Below, in pieces: positions 24,707 through 34,579 of a DNA stretch of 48,739 nt. The DNA is from Patescibacteria group bacterium (lineage in GTDB: Bacteria; Patescibacteriota; Minisyncoccia; Phycocordibacterales; GWA1-40-21). Where the stretch lies: assembly GCA_018968925.1 (NCBI GenBank), contig JAGWZI010000002.1, positions 1 through 48,739 on the forward strand. The letters run 5' to 3'. A program made the translations under genes and the position numbers. The notes below the pieces were generated by a model. The model was not told the origin of the DNA and did no database searches. It was given only the letters and a program-made list of their open reading frames with translations. Numbering within the stretch: position 1 is the stretch's first letter; each line of letters starts with the position of its first letter.

Positions 24707-25826
24707 GGGAAAGGGCGATACGCAGGATTTCCCCGGCGATCTCGTGCGCGGCGTCGGTTTTGACAAAATTCTTTGCGCCGGCGGACATCCGTGCAGAGAG
24801 CGCCGGATCGTCCATGATGCGCTTGATCTCGGAAAGAAGAATTGTTGGAGAAAGATTCCCCTCCTCTATCACGGTCGCACCGCCCGACTCGGCATAGAAA
24901 TAGGCGTTCTGGCGCTGATGGTCGCCGTTCGTGTTCGTGATCGGAATGAGGATGCTCGGCAAGCCCCAGTTCGCGATCTCGAAGATCGCCGAACCCGCGC
25001 GCGAGATGACGAGATTCGCCGCGCCGGCCGCCATGCTCATGTTCAGATTGTCCAGGTAATCGAACGGACGGTAGCGATCCTTGTGCGGATGATCGGCAAG
25101 GACGACGTTCGCCGTGCCGAGCACGTCCTGCATGTTTCCCTTGCCGATCTGATGGATGACGTAATAGCGGTCGACAAGCGACGGAATGATGCTCATCAGG
25201 GTATCATTGATGACGCGCGCGCCGAGGGATCCGCCGACGACGAGCAGGACGGGGATGTTTTCCTTCATGCCGAAGAATTCGCGCGCCGCGTCCGCTTTCT
25301 GCAATACGCGAACGTTCGTGCGGATCGGATTGCCGGTCACCGCCACTTTCTTCTGATCGAAATATTTTGCCGCCTGCGGATACGATACGGCGATGCGCTT
25401 TGCGAACTTGCCCGCCCAGGCGTTCGCCCTGCCCGGCACGGAATCGGATTCGTGAATGACGACCGGAATGCCGAAGAACCGCGCGGCGAGGACGACCGGA
25501 AAACTGACGTAGGCACCCTTGCTGAAGACGACGTCGGGAAAGATCCGGTAGACCTCGATCATCGCTCCAATGACGCCGAAAAACGTCTTGACGAGATCGA
25601 CGATGTTGAGAAGCGAAAAATAGCGGCGCAATTTGCCGGCAAAGATTCTGACGAAACGGATATTGTTCTCGACGAGCATGTCGGCGTCGTGCGGCGCGTC
25701 GGAAAGATAATAGAGATCGACTGGCAGGAGCTTCTCTTCCCGCACCATCGCATTGATCTCCTCGGCGACCGCAATGAGCGGGTAGAAATGCCCTCCGGTG
25801 CCGCCGCCTGTCAGTATCACTTTCAT
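24696..25826 (-). CDS. murG: UDP-N-acetylglucosamine--lipid I GlcNAc transferase MurG
   Basis: MKVILTGGGTGGHFYPLIAVAEE is the canonical MurG N-terminus. The ATG at 25826 lies 1 nt after the ftsW stop. Confidence 0.92.
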   Translation of the reverse strand: MKVILTGGGTGGHFYPLIAVAEEINAMVREEKLLPVDLYYLSDAPHDADMLVENNIRFVRIFAGKLRRYFSLLNIVDLVKTFFGVIGAMIEVYRIFPDVVFSKGAYVSFPVVLAARFFGIPVVIHESDSVPGRANAWAGKFAKRIAVSYPQAAKYFDQKKVAVTGNPIRTNVRVLQKADAAREFFGMKENIPVLLVVGGSLGARVINDTLMSIIPSLVDRYYVIHQIGKGNMQDVLGTANVVLADHPHKDRYRPFDYLDNLNMSMAAGAANLVISRAGSAIFEIANWGLPSILIPITNTNGDHQRQNAYFYAESGGATVIEEGNLSPTILLSEIKRIMDDPALSARMSAGAKNFVKTDAAHEIAGEILRIALSHEQ

Positions 25827-25827
25827 A

Positions 25828-26928
25828 TCATTCTTTGGTTGATTTCGAGATGTTGAGGATGATGCCAAGTTCGGCAAGCATCGCGAGCATGGACGTCCCG
25901 CCCTGGCTGAAGAACGCGAGTGGCACGCCGGAAAACGGAATGACGCCGATCGTCGAGCCGATATTCGCGAACGATTGGACGATGACGATTATAACAATTC
26001 CCGCGGCAAAAAGTCCACCGAACGCATCGGGTGCCGTGACGGCGATCCGGAAGCCGCGGAACGCGAAAATGAGGAACAGGACGATCGCCGCCAGGCAACC
26101 GACAAATCCGAGTTCCTCGCCGAGGATGGCGAAAATGGCGTCGCTCGTCGAAACCGGCAGATACTGGTATTTCTCGATACTCTGTCCGAGTCCCCTGCCG
26201 AGGAAACCTCCCGACCCGAGCGCGATCTCCGACTGCGCCACCTGATAGCCAGAGGTGAGCGCATTGTCCGCCGGGTGGAGGAAAGTCTCGATGCGCGACA
26301 TGACGTACGGCCGCATGATCGCGAGCGCGGCGATGCATGCGATGCCGATAAGACCGAGGATGAGAATATGACGGATTCTGCCGCCCGCGATGAGAAGCAT
26401 CGAAACGCCGGTCACGGCTATGACGGTAAACGACGTCGTATCCGGCTGTTTTATGAGAATGGCGCCGACGAGCGCAACCAGGACGAGAAGCGGCAAAGGG
26501 CCGTAGCGGAACGTGGCGACTTTCTCTTTTGCCGACGCAAGCCAGGCGGCGAAATAAGCCGTAAAGCCGATATTGAGGAATGCGACCGGCTGAAAAGATA
26601 TGCCGGCAATCAGAAGCCACCGCCGCGCACCGTTGATCTTCACGCCGATATGCGGGATGAAAACTGCCGCCGTAACGAAAAGCGATCCGAGAAAGAGAAA
26701 AAGCGCGTAACGGCGGAATAGGACGTACGGCACGCGAGAAAAGACAAAGCATGCCGCGACACCGAGGACGATGCCGAAGAACGCCTGCTTGAACGCCGCC
26801 GCCGAGAATGCGGCGGCGTTTGTCGCGAGGAGTCCCATCGATGCCGACAGGAACACGGCGAAGCCGAATATGACAAGAACGGCGATGATGGTGATGAATG
26901 CCCGGTCGATGCCCTGAGTGTGCTTCAT
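25828..26928 (-). CDS. ftsW: FtsW/RodA (SEDS) family peptidoglycan glycosyltransferase
   Basis: A roughly 10-TM protein with SEDS motifs (PDTTSFTVIAV, YQVAQSEIALGSGGFLGRGLG, SDAIFAILGEELGF). The ATG at 26928 lies 1 nt after the mraY stop. Confidence 0.88.
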   Translation of the reverse strand: MKHTQGIDRAFITIIAVLVIFGFAVFLSASMGLLATNAAAFSAAAFKQAFFGIVLGVAACFVFSRVPYVLFRRYALFLFLGSLFVTAAVFIPHIGVKINGARRWLLIAGISFQPVAFLNIGFTAYFAAWLASAKEKVATFRYGPLPLLVLVALVGAILIKQPDTTSFTVIAVTGVSMLLIAGGRIRHILILGLIGIACIAALAIMRPYVMSRIETFLHPADNALTSGYQVAQSEIALGSGGFLGRGLGQSIEKYQYLPVSTSDAIFAILGEELGFVGCLAAIVLFLIFAFRGFRIAVTAPDAFGGLFAAGIVIIVIVQSFANIGSTIGVIPFSGVPLAFFSQGGTSMLAMLAELGIILNISKSTKE

Positions 26929-26929
26929 G

Positions 26930-27985
26930 TCAGCTGACCAGGACGAGGATCGTGCCAATGATGACCGATACGAGCGCGATAATCCAATAGCGCATCACGA
27001 CCTTTTCCTTCGACCAGCCGATCGCCTCGAAATGATGGTGCAGCGGCGCGACCTTGAACACCCGCCGCTTGCCGAAATACCGGTACGAGATCATCTGGAT
27101 GATGTCGGAGAGCGACGTGAGGACGAGCGGAAAGGCGATGACCGGCAGCAGAAGCACCGAATTGGTCAGGAATGCGATGACGGAGAGCGTGACCGTGAGC
27201 GCAAGCATGCCGGTCTCTCCCATATAGAATCGCGCCGGCGGCACATTGAACCAGAGGAATGCGAGAGTGCCGCCGGCGATCGCCGCCGAGAACGCCGCGA
27301 TGTCGATCTGGTTGTTCACGAATGCGATGACCGCATATGCCGCAAAGATGGACGCGAGTACGCCGCCCGAAAGGCCGTCGATGCCGTCGATGACGCTCGT
27401 CGAGAACGCCGCAAGCATGACGATGACGAAGATCGGAATAAAGAGAATGCCGAGGTCGAGCGAACCGTCGAACGGCACATGGATCGCATGCATGCCGAGC
27501 TTGAAATAGAACCACGAGCCGATGGAAAGGCCGAGGAGCATGATTGCGCCGACTTTCACCCGCCGGTAGACGATCTTGTCCTCCGCATACGCGCTTTTGC
27601 CGAAAATCTGCAGGAGGTCGTCCGCAAGGCCGATGAGCGCGCCGACGACAAGGGCGACGAGCGGAACGAGCGTCTGATTGCGGCTGAGAAAATTGAACTT
27701 CTCGGTCATCGCGTTCGGAAACACCATCGAGAGAAGCCAGATGAGAAACAAGGTCAAAAGCACCGATACCCAGATGATCATGCCGCCCGTCCGCGGCGTC
27801 GAAAGCTCGCCCTTCGTGTTATGCACCCGTGTGAAATCGTCCGTCGTGATCTCCGACTCCGTCCGCGGCTTTTTCTTCCACATCCTGTGCTTGTAGAAGA
27901 TGTTCGCGAAAAAGGGCGTGATGAAAAAACCGATAAAGAACGTGAGGGCGGCGGGCAGGACGACTTTGAGCGTAGAAAGCATCAT
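26930..27985 (-). CDS. mraY: Phospho-N-acetylmuramoyl-pentapeptide transferase MraY
   Basis: GGMIIW, DDLL, NVIDGIDGLSGG-like (SVIDGIDGLSGG), FLWFNVPPARFYMGETG, APLHHHFE. Confidence 0.92.
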   Translation of the reverse strand: MMLSTLKVVLPAALTFFIGFFITPFFANIFYKHRMWKKKPRTESEITTDDFTRVHNTKGELSTPRTGGMIIWVSVLLTLFLIWLLSMVFPNAMTEKFNFLSRNQTLVPLVALVVGALIGLADDLLQIFGKSAYAEDKIVYRRVKVGAIMLLGLSIGSWFYFKLGMHAIHVPFDGSLDLGILFIPIFVIVMLAAFSTSVIDGIDGLSGGVLASIFAAYAVIAFVNNQIDIAAFSAAIAGGTLAFLWFNVPPARFYMGETGMLALTVTLSVIAFLTNSVLLLPVIAFPLVLTSLSDIIQMISYRYFGKRRVFKVAPLHHHFEAIGWSKEKVVMRYWIIALVSVIIGTILVLVS

Positions 27986-27989
27986 GGCA

Positions 27990-29819
27990 TTATTGCATGA
28001 ACGTATCATACCAGAGCGCGAGCATGATGAGAACGTAGAGCTTGCGGGCATGGTCGGCCGCGCCGGACTCGTGTTCCGCGATCATCCGCTCGATCGCGGT
28101 CATGTCGAAATGCGCCGCGACATATGCATTTTTCCGCACAAGATCGAAGACATGCGCGCCATTGCTCTTGAGCCATGCGGCGAGCGGAATGGGAAAGCCG
28201 AGCTTCCTGCGCGTGCGCGTCGCTTCCGGAATGACGCCGCGGAATGCTTCGCGCAGGAGCCATTTCGTCTCGTCGCCTCGCCATTTGAGCGAATCGGGCA
28301 ATGTGCGCGCCAGTCCCGCAACCTGCATATCGAGGAACGGCACGCGCAGTTCCAAGGAATTTGCCATTGTCATCTTGTCCGCTTTCGCGAGAATGTCGCC
28401 GACAAGCCAGGTATGGATATCGACATATTGCATCTTGGTCGGATCGGAAAGGTCGGCGACGCTCGCGTAGACGGTATCAAGCGAGAATTTCTCCTGCGGC
28501 TTCCTTTTCCAGAGCGAAGCGATCTCGCGCGGCTTGAAGACGGACGCGTTGCCGATATACCAGGTTGAGAGCTTCTCATGGACGCGCCGGAGAAAATTTT
28601 TTCCGGGAAAATGAAACGGCAAGGATACGAAAAATCCCGTGACGCTTTTCGGCAGCCAGGCGAGGCGACGATATGCGAACGGCGCGAGATAGATGTTGTA
28701 GCCGCCGAAGAGCTCGTCTGCGCCTTCGCCCGAAAGAACGACCGTCACGTGCTTGCGCGCTTCGCGGGCGACGAAATAGAGGCCGATGGCCGACGGATCG
28801 GCGACCGGCTCGTCAAAATGCCAGACCGCTTTCGGCAGCGTGGCAAAATATTCGTCCGGACCGATCGTGATCTCGGTATGGTCCGTGCCGAGGAAATCGG
28901 ATGTCTGTCTTGATTTCATTCCCTCCGACAGACGATCGAAACCGACGGTAAAGGTCTTCACCTTCTTTCCGCCCATGTTTTTGTCGAGCGTGCGCTGCAT
29001 CAGGGTCGCGATGATGCTCGAGTCGATGCCGCCCGACAGGAACGCGCCGACGGGCACGTCCGCGATCATGTGATGCTCGACGGAATCCTTGACCGTCGCA
29101 AAAACCTTTTCTTTCGTGCGCTCATCGAGTTCCTTATCCTGCGCGAAGGAAAATGCCCAGTATTTTCTCATTTCATATGCGCCGGTATCTGCCGAGATTT
29201 TCAGGAAATGTCCGGGCGGCAGTTTGAAGATGTTCTTGAAAAAAGTTTCTTCGAGCGGATTGTACTGGAACGACAGGTAATTGAAAACGGCCGCATCGTT
29301 CACTTCACGCGCAAAACCGGGAATCTCGAGAAAGCTCTTGATTTCCGAGGAGAACGCGAGGATCTTCCCGTTCTGTTTCCAGTAATAGAGCGGCTTGATG
29401 CCGAAGAAATCCCGGGCGATGAAGATCGTCTTCTTTTTCGTATCGTAGATCGAAAACGCGAACATGCCGCGCAATTTCGGCAGCATCGCTTCGCCGTATT
29501 TCTCGTAGAGATGCAGGATGACCTCCGTATCGCCCTCGGTCGTCCAAGAGAATTCTTTCTCGATGTCCTTCCGCAGCTCTTTATAATTGTAGATTTCGCC
29601 GTTGAAAAAGATGACCTTCGCGCCGTCCGCGGAAAAGATCGGCTGCTTGCCAGTCGACAGGTCGATGATGGACAGCCGCCGCATGCCGAGGCCGACCGAA
29701 GCATCGGAAAAATAGCCGTCCTGGTCGGGGCCGCGATGGACGAGCGCGTCCGTCATCTTCTTGTTCACGCCCGCCTTGTCCGCGACGCGCGAATCGATAA
29801 TGCCGCAAATGCCGCACAT
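27990..29819 (-). CDS. asnB: Asparagine synthase (glutamine-hydrolysing) family amidotransferase
   Basis: MCGICGI N-terminal nucleophile Cys2 and the PP-loop SGGIDSS. The start was trimmed to make Cys residue 2. Confidence 0.88.
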   Translation of the reverse strand: MCGICGIIDSRVADKAGVNKKMTDALVHRGPDQDGYFSDASVGLGMRRLSIIDLSTGKQPIFSADGAKVIFFNGEIYNYKELRKDIEKEFSWTTEGDTEVILHLYEKYGEAMLPKLRGMFAFSIYDTKKKTIFIARDFFGIKPLYYWKQNGKILAFSSEIKSFLEIPGFAREVNDAAVFNYLSFQYNPLEETFFKNIFKLPPGHFLKISADTGAYEMRKYWAFSFAQDKELDERTKEKVFATVKDSVEHHMIADVPVGAFLSGGIDSSIIATLMQRTLDKNMGGKKVKTFTVGFDRLSEGMKSRQTSDFLGTDHTEITIGPDEYFATLPKAVWHFDEPVADPSAIGLYFVAREARKHVTVVLSGEGADELFGGYNIYLAPFAYRRLAWLPKSVTGFFVSLPFHFPGKNFLRRVHEKLSTWYIGNASVFKPREIASLWKRKPQEKFSLDTVYASVADLSDPTKMQYVDIHTWLVGDILAKADKMTMANSLELRVPFLDMQVAGLARTLPDSLKWRGDETKWLLREAFRGVIPEATRTRRKLGFPIPLAAWLKSNGAHVFDLVRKNAYVAAHFDMTAIERMIAEHESGAADHARKLYVLIMLALWYDTFMQ

Positions 29820-29858
29820 ATGCGGCAAAATATAGCATATTTCGGCTCGAAAGTCCGC

Positions 29859-30791
29859 TTACTGACGTGAATAATAGTCAGCGATCGCGCGGAGGAGAAT
29901 TTGCATGTCGGAAAACCTGCCCTCTTCGGTCGAGCCGAGAAGCGCCGCAACGACCGGATGTCCGAGGCCGGCATCGAGCGCGACGACGAGATTCCCGCCG
30001 GCCAGATCGGTAAAACCGGTCTTCGACGCGACAAGGCCGACGATTTTTCCGACAAGCGTATCGGTGTTGACCGCCGTATGGCGGATACCCGAGAGCGAAA
30101 CGAACGATTCGGCGTTTTCCGTCGTCTCGGCAAGGAGCGACGGATCGGTTTTGAGGACGGCCGCCATAAGCAGCGCGGCATCACGCGCCGAACTGTAGCT
30201 GCCGGACGTTGTCGCATCGAGATCAAGGCCCGATTCGTTGAAAAAAACGGTGTCGGAAAAGCCGAGTTCGCGCGCTTTTGCGTTCATGAGGTGTATGGTC
30301 GTTGATGCGTCGCCGCCGAGGTGGGCATTCAAGGCATCGGCAAGCGCGTACATGCCGGTATTCGACGACATGATGAGCGAGAAATCGAGCAGATCTTCCG
30401 CCTTCCACTTTTCGCCGGCAATAAGACCGTTCGTATCCTCGCCTCTTACGAGATCGTTCCGGGTAATGGTCGCTGTGCTCGACGCGGGCAGATTGCCGGC
30501 GATAACAAGCGTGGTCATGAGTTTCGTGATCGAAGCGAGCGGCAACGTGGCGGTCGCGTTCTTCTCAAAGATCGCCGTGCCAGCGTTCACGTCATAGACA
30601 TAAAACGCTTTTGCCTGGATGTCGGCAAATTCGGGCGGATACGCTGCGGCCTGCATATGCGCCTTTTCAGCCGCAGGTTTTTCGGGTGTGCCGAAAAGCC
30701 GAGCGGCAAGAATGCTGAGCGCGACGATAAGCATGCAAAGAAGCACGAGCAAAATCGGCTTATGCTTTTTGGGTATCGTCTGATAATGCAT
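29859..30791 (-). CDS. dacA: D-alanyl-D-alanine carboxypeptidase (S11, PBP5/6-like)
   Basis: N-terminal TM with SITK (SxxK), SSN (SxN) and KTGFT (KTG) motifs in the correct order. Confidence 0.85.
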   Translation of the reverse strand: MHYQTIPKKHKPILLVLLCMLIVALSILAARLFGTPEKPAAEKAHMQAAAYPPEFADIQAKAFYVYDVNAGTAIFEKNATATLPLASITKLMTTLVIAGNLPASSTATITRNDLVRGEDTNGLIAGEKWKAEDLLDFSLIMSSNTGMYALADALNAHLGGDASTTIHLMNAKARELGFSDTVFFNESGLDLDATTSGSYSSARDAALLMAAVLKTDPSLLAETTENAESFVSLSGIRHTAVNTDTLVGKIVGLVASKTGFTDLAGGNLVVALDAGLGHPVVAALLGSTEEGRFSDMQILLRAIADYYSRQ

Positions 30792-30796
30792 TGCGC

Positions 30797-31384
30797 TTAG
30801 GCGGCGATTTCCTGCGGCGTTCCTACCGCAGCTTCTTCTTTCTTTTCCTCGGCGGTCGCGGCGGTCCGGTATGATTCGATCTCGGCGCGGGCTTCGGCGT
30901 ACTGCGGCATCTCCTCTATCTTCGTGAGACCGAGATGGGACAGCAGCTCGAATGTGGGCTTGTAGAGGAAGCTGCGCTGGTCTTTCGGGTTCGGCACGCG
31001 CTCGACAAGGCCGCGGATGGCAAGGTTCCGCAGGATGAAATTCGACTGGACGCCGCGGATGTAGTCGATCTCGGCGCGCGAAATCGGCCCTTGGTAGATG
31101 ATGATGGAAAGCGTCTCAAGCCCGGCTTTGCCGAGATCCTTCACCAGTTCTTCTTTGGTCAATTTCTCGATGAGTTCGCTCGTCTCCTTTGCTGTCGCAA
31201 GCGCGACCTCGTCGTCTTTGCGGACGAGGCTGACTCCCCTGCCGGCAAGGTTCGCCTCGAGCGCGGCAAGCGCGGCGGAAATTTCCTCTTCCGGTTTGGT
31301 AAAAATCTGCGCCAATTTCTTCAAGGAAACCGGCTCCCCTTTCCAAAACAGCACCGCTTCGATCTGTTGTTCGAGATTTCCCAT
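30797..31384 (-). CDS. scpB: Segregation and condensation protein B
   Basis: IEAVLFWKGEPVSLKKLAQIF and SRAEIDYIRGV winged-helix motifs. It follows scpA. Confidence 0.85.
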   Translation of the reverse strand: MGNLEQQIEAVLFWKGEPVSLKKLAQIFTKPEEEISAALAALEANLAGRGVSLVRKDDEVALATAKETSELIEKLTKEELVKDLGKAGLETLSIIIYQGPISRAEIDYIRGVQSNFILRNLAIRGLVERVPNPKDQRSFLYKPTFELLSHLGLTKIEEMPQYAEARAEIESYRTAATAEEKKEEAAVGTPQEIAA

Positions 31385-31388
31385 ATGG

Positions 31389-32117
31389 TTATGAATAGCT
31401 CGGCACGCCGACGGATTTCGTTTCCATGGAAATGTCGGCGAATTTTTCGCGCTGTTCGACCTCTATTATACCCTGTTTGACGAGCTCGAGCATGGCGAGA
31501 AACGAGACAATGACGTTCACCTTCTCGGCCTTGCCCATGCCGGAGAAATCCTTGAAGCTCATCTTGAGCGATGACTGCACGCGCGCGGTCAGGTTCGTGA
31601 TCATTTCTTCGAGCGAGATCGCTTTTGCTACGCTCACCTTCGGCTTTGCTTCGAACTTCGGCAATGCCTTGATGACCGAGAAAATGGCGTTCGCGATATT
31701 TGCCGCGGTCATCGACGCATCCGGCGAGAAGACCGGCTCGGTCTTGCGAGCATTCGGGAAAAAGAGCATATCGGCGCCAAAAAGGTTCTTGACGTTGGCC
31801 GAAAGCTCCTTGATCTTCTTGTAGATTTTCAGTTTCAGCTCGAGGTCGCGCATGTCGGCTTTCTCGTCTTCCGACAGGTCAAGTGTCGGCAGGAGCGATT
31901 TTGACTTGATGAGGAGGAGCGTCGCCGCAATGACGAGAAATTCCGACGTATCCTTGATCGAATACGCCTCACGGTTTTGCATGTGGGCGATGAAGTCGTC
32001 CGTCACCTTGGCGAGCGAGACGTCGTTGATGAGGAGCTTGCGCTTTTCAATCAGGTCAAGCAAGAGGTCCATCGGCCCCTCGAACGCCTCGGTCTTGATT
32101 TTGAAGCGGTTATCCAT
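31389..32117 (-). CDS. scpA: Segregation and condensation protein A
   Basis: FEGPMDLLLDLIEKRKLLINDVSLAKVTDDF is canonical ScpA. Confidence 0.85.
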   Translation of the reverse strand: MDNRFKIKTEAFEGPMDLLLDLIEKRKLLINDVSLAKVTDDFIAHMQNREAYSIKDTSEFLVIAATLLLIKSKSLLPTLDLSEDEKADMRDLELKLKIYKKIKELSANVKNLFGADMLFFPNARKTEPVFSPDASMTAANIANAIFSVIKALPKFEAKPKVSVAKAISLEEMITNLTARVQSSLKMSFKDFSGMGKAEKVNVIVSFLAMLELVKQGIIEVEQREKFADISMETKSVGVPSYS

Positions 32118-32490
32118 TGATTTTCTTCGCGAGCTTTTCCAATTCCGCCATATCGGCTTCTTTCGACGGGCCGGATATCTCGCGCGGCTTGTTGATCGGG
32201 ATGAGATGCACGTGCGTATGCGGCACGCCGAAGCCTTCGACGAGGATGCCGATGCGCTTTGCGCCTATTTTTTCTTTCAGTTTTTTCGCAAGTTTCTTCG
32301 CCTCAAGAAACAATGCCGTGTATTCGGCATCCGGCAGGTCGAAAACGTAATCCTCGTGTTTTTTCGGGATAAGGAGCGTATGGCCGGGCATGACCGGATA
32401 GATGTCGAGGAAACCGAGATAGTTTTCGCTCTCCCAGACTTTCAGCGTTGCTCCCTCCTGGACCAGTTTGCAAAAAATGCAGTTTTCCAT
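32110..32490 (-). CDS. HIT-family nucleotide hydrolase
   Basis: CIFCKL and the histidine triad HTHVHLIP. Confidence 0.85.
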   Translation of the reverse strand: MENCIFCKLVQEGATLKVWESENYLGFLDIYPVMPGHTLLIPKKHEDYVFDLPDAEYTALFLEAKKLAKKLKEKIGAKRIGILVEGFGVPHTHVHLIPINKPREISGPSKEADMAELEKLAKKING

Positions 32491-33888
32491 TTATTTTTTC
32501 TTCTTGATCTCGATCCGCAGATCCCGGAGCTGTTCCGCCGACACCGGCCCGGGCGCGTTCATCATGAGATCGCGGCCTTCGCCCGATTTCGCGAATGCGA
32601 TCGTCTCGCGGATGTTCGGCTCGTTCTCGAGGATCATGACAAGACGGTCGAGTCCCCAGGCGATGCCGCCGTGCGGCGGAACGCCGGTTTCGAATGCGCG
32701 AAGCATATGGCCGTACTGCGATTCGATCTTCTCGGCGGAAAAATCCATGATCTCGAGCGTTTTGCGCAAAGCCTCGGGCCGGTGGTTGCGGATGCTGCCG
32801 CCGCCGGCTTCGTTGCCGTTGAGCACCAAATCATACTGCGCCGCCATGATCGTTTCGATATTTTTCTTCGCCATGAGGTCGCCCATCGATTCCGGTTTCG
32901 TCGTCGAGAAGGGATTATGCGTGAACGTCCATTTGCCGTCGTCGCCTTTCTCGAACATGGGAAAGTCAACCGTCCAGGCGAACGCGAGCAGATCCAGATC
33001 GTTCTTGTCTTTTCGCAGGTCCGGCTTGTCCGTGCCGTATTTCGCCATCGCTTCGGCATACGGGATTTTCGGGAACGGGATCTCTTGGATCTTCTTGTGC
33101 GGATAGAGTTTCTTCACGACTTCAATGATGACCTTCTCGTTCACCGCCATCACGTCTTCCTCCGTTGCGAAGCTCATTTCGAGGTCCATCTGCGTGAATT
33201 CCGGCTGGCGGTCGCCGCGGGAATCCTCGTCGCGAAAGCATCGCGCAAACTGGAAATATTTTTCAAAACCGGCGGCCATGAGAAGCTGCTTGTATTGCTG
33301 GGGCGACTGCGGCAATGCGTAAAAATTGCCGGGCTCGAGACGCGATGGCACGATGAAGTCACGCGAGCCTTCGGCGGTCGCGTTCGTCAGGTTCGGCGTC
33401 TCGATCTCGGTGAATCCTTCCGCGGCAAGGAGGGTGCGCACCAAGGTCATGATCGAGCTGCGGTTCCGGATATTCTTCTGCAAGCGCGGACGGCGCAAGT
33501 CGAGCCAGCGATGCGAGAGGCGCGCGTCCTCGCCGATATCGCGGCCGTCGCCGCGCACGTCAAACGGCGGCGTGACTGCTTCGTTCAGGACGTTCATCGA
33601 GAGGATTTCAATCTCGATCGTGCCATTCGCTTCGTCTTTGTTCACCATCCGTTCCGGCCGGGCGTTCACTTTGCCCGTCACTTCGACGACCCATTCGGGA
33701 CGAACCGTGTTCGCCATCTCGTGCGCTTCCGCATGGTTCGGCAGAGCGACCATCTGGACTTTGCCCGACATATCGCGCAGGTCGATGAAAATGAGCTTGC
33801 CATGGTCGCGCCGCACGTCCACCCATCCGGCGATCTTCACCTCCTTCCCGATTTCCTTGTTCAGTTCCCCGATATATGTGCGTTTCAT
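32491..33888 (-). CDS. aspS: Aspartate--tRNA ligase, bacterial-type core without the GAD insertion domain
   Basis: QSPQQYKQLLM, FRDEDSRGDRQPEFTQMDLEMSF, GGGSIRNH and GIAWGLDRLVM. It is only 465 aa. Confidence 0.92.
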   Translation of the reverse strand: MKRTYIGELNKEIGKEVKIAGWVDVRRDHGKLIFIDLRDMSGKVQMVALPNHAEAHEMANTVRPEWVVEVTGKVNARPERMVNKDEANGTIEIEILSMNVLNEAVTPPFDVRGDGRDIGEDARLSHRWLDLRRPRLQKNIRNRSSIMTLVRTLLAAEGFTEIETPNLTNATAEGSRDFIVPSRLEPGNFYALPQSPQQYKQLLMAAGFEKYFQFARCFRDEDSRGDRQPEFTQMDLEMSFATEEDVMAVNEKVIIEVVKKLYPHKKIQEIPFPKIPYAEAMAKYGTDKPDLRKDKNDLDLLAFAWTVDFPMFEKGDDGKWTFTHNPFSTTKPESMGDLMAKKNIETIMAAQYDLVLNGNEAGGGSIRNHRPEALRKTLEIMDFSAEKIESQYGHMLRAFETGVPPHGGIAWGLDRLVMILENEPNIRETIAFAKSGEGRDLMMNAPGPVSAEQLRDLRIEIKKKK

Positions 33889-33929
33889 AATTATGCTGAT
33901 TTTACATGATTTTTATGAATAAAATGATA

Positions 33930-33958
33930 TTGACATATAATAAATAAAGTGATAAAAT
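33930..33958 (+). promoter_or_regulatory. Sigma-70-type promoter TTGACA-17-TAAAAT for the ClpP-like gene
   Basis: -35 at 33930-33935 and -10 at 33953-33958. The leader contains a perfect AGGAGG at 33985-33990. Confidence 0.5.
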
Positions 33959-33996
33959 TGTTATTGGTTGATCTTCATCAAAACAGGAGGAAAAGA

Positions 33997-34566
33997 ATGG
34001 ATCCAAAATCGCTGGATAATGGCAAACTGGAAGCATTGTTGAAAAAGAACGTCTTTCCGATCGTTGGCGACATCGACGGGAAAATCTTGAATCTGGTACA
34101 GGACGCCTTTAGCAAGCTGTACATCCAAGAAAATCCGCCGGATATCTTGGTCTTGCTAAGCAGTCCAGGCGGTTCCGTAAAACGAGGGCTCTTTGTTTAC
34201 GATCTGCTCCGGTTGTATCCGGGAAAGAAAACGGCGATCGTCGTCGGCGAAGCGTCCTCGATGGGAGCAATCATTCTGCAGGCATGCGACAAGCGGTATG
34301 CGACAGAAAATGCCTGGATATTGATCCATAATCTCACGAACACCGAGATAAAACTGGATCAGTTGCGCGACAAAGCGAAGCTTGAGGAGTTGCTTGCCGA
34401 CAATGAAAAACTGCAAGCAAAGCAGTACGCCATTATCGCGAAACGAACGGGAAAATCTATGGAGGAAATTCGCGAGGTTTTCGCAAAAGATAAATCCATG
34501 GACGTTTCCGAAGCGGTCGCCTTTGGCCTCCTCGACGGTATCTGGGACCAGCCGCTTCCAAAATAA
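33997..34566 (+). CDS. ClpP-family (S14) serine protease-like protein, orphan
   Basis: LLSSPGGSV, GEASSMGAIILQA (Ser), ILIHN (His), KDKSMDVSEAVAFGLLDGI. The ATG lies 6 nt after AGGAGG. GC is lower than in the flanking genes. Confidence 0.7.
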   Translation: MDPKSLDNGKLEALLKKNVFPIVGDIDGKILNLVQDAFSKLYIQENPPDILVLLSSPGGSVKRGLFVYDLLRLYPGKKTAIVVGEASSMGAIILQACDKRYATENAWILIHNLTNTEIKLDQLRDKAKLEELLADNEKLQAKQYAIIAKRTGKSMEEIREVFAKDKSMDVSEAVAFGLLDGIWDQPLPK

Positions 34567-34579
34567 ACGCGGCAAAACG

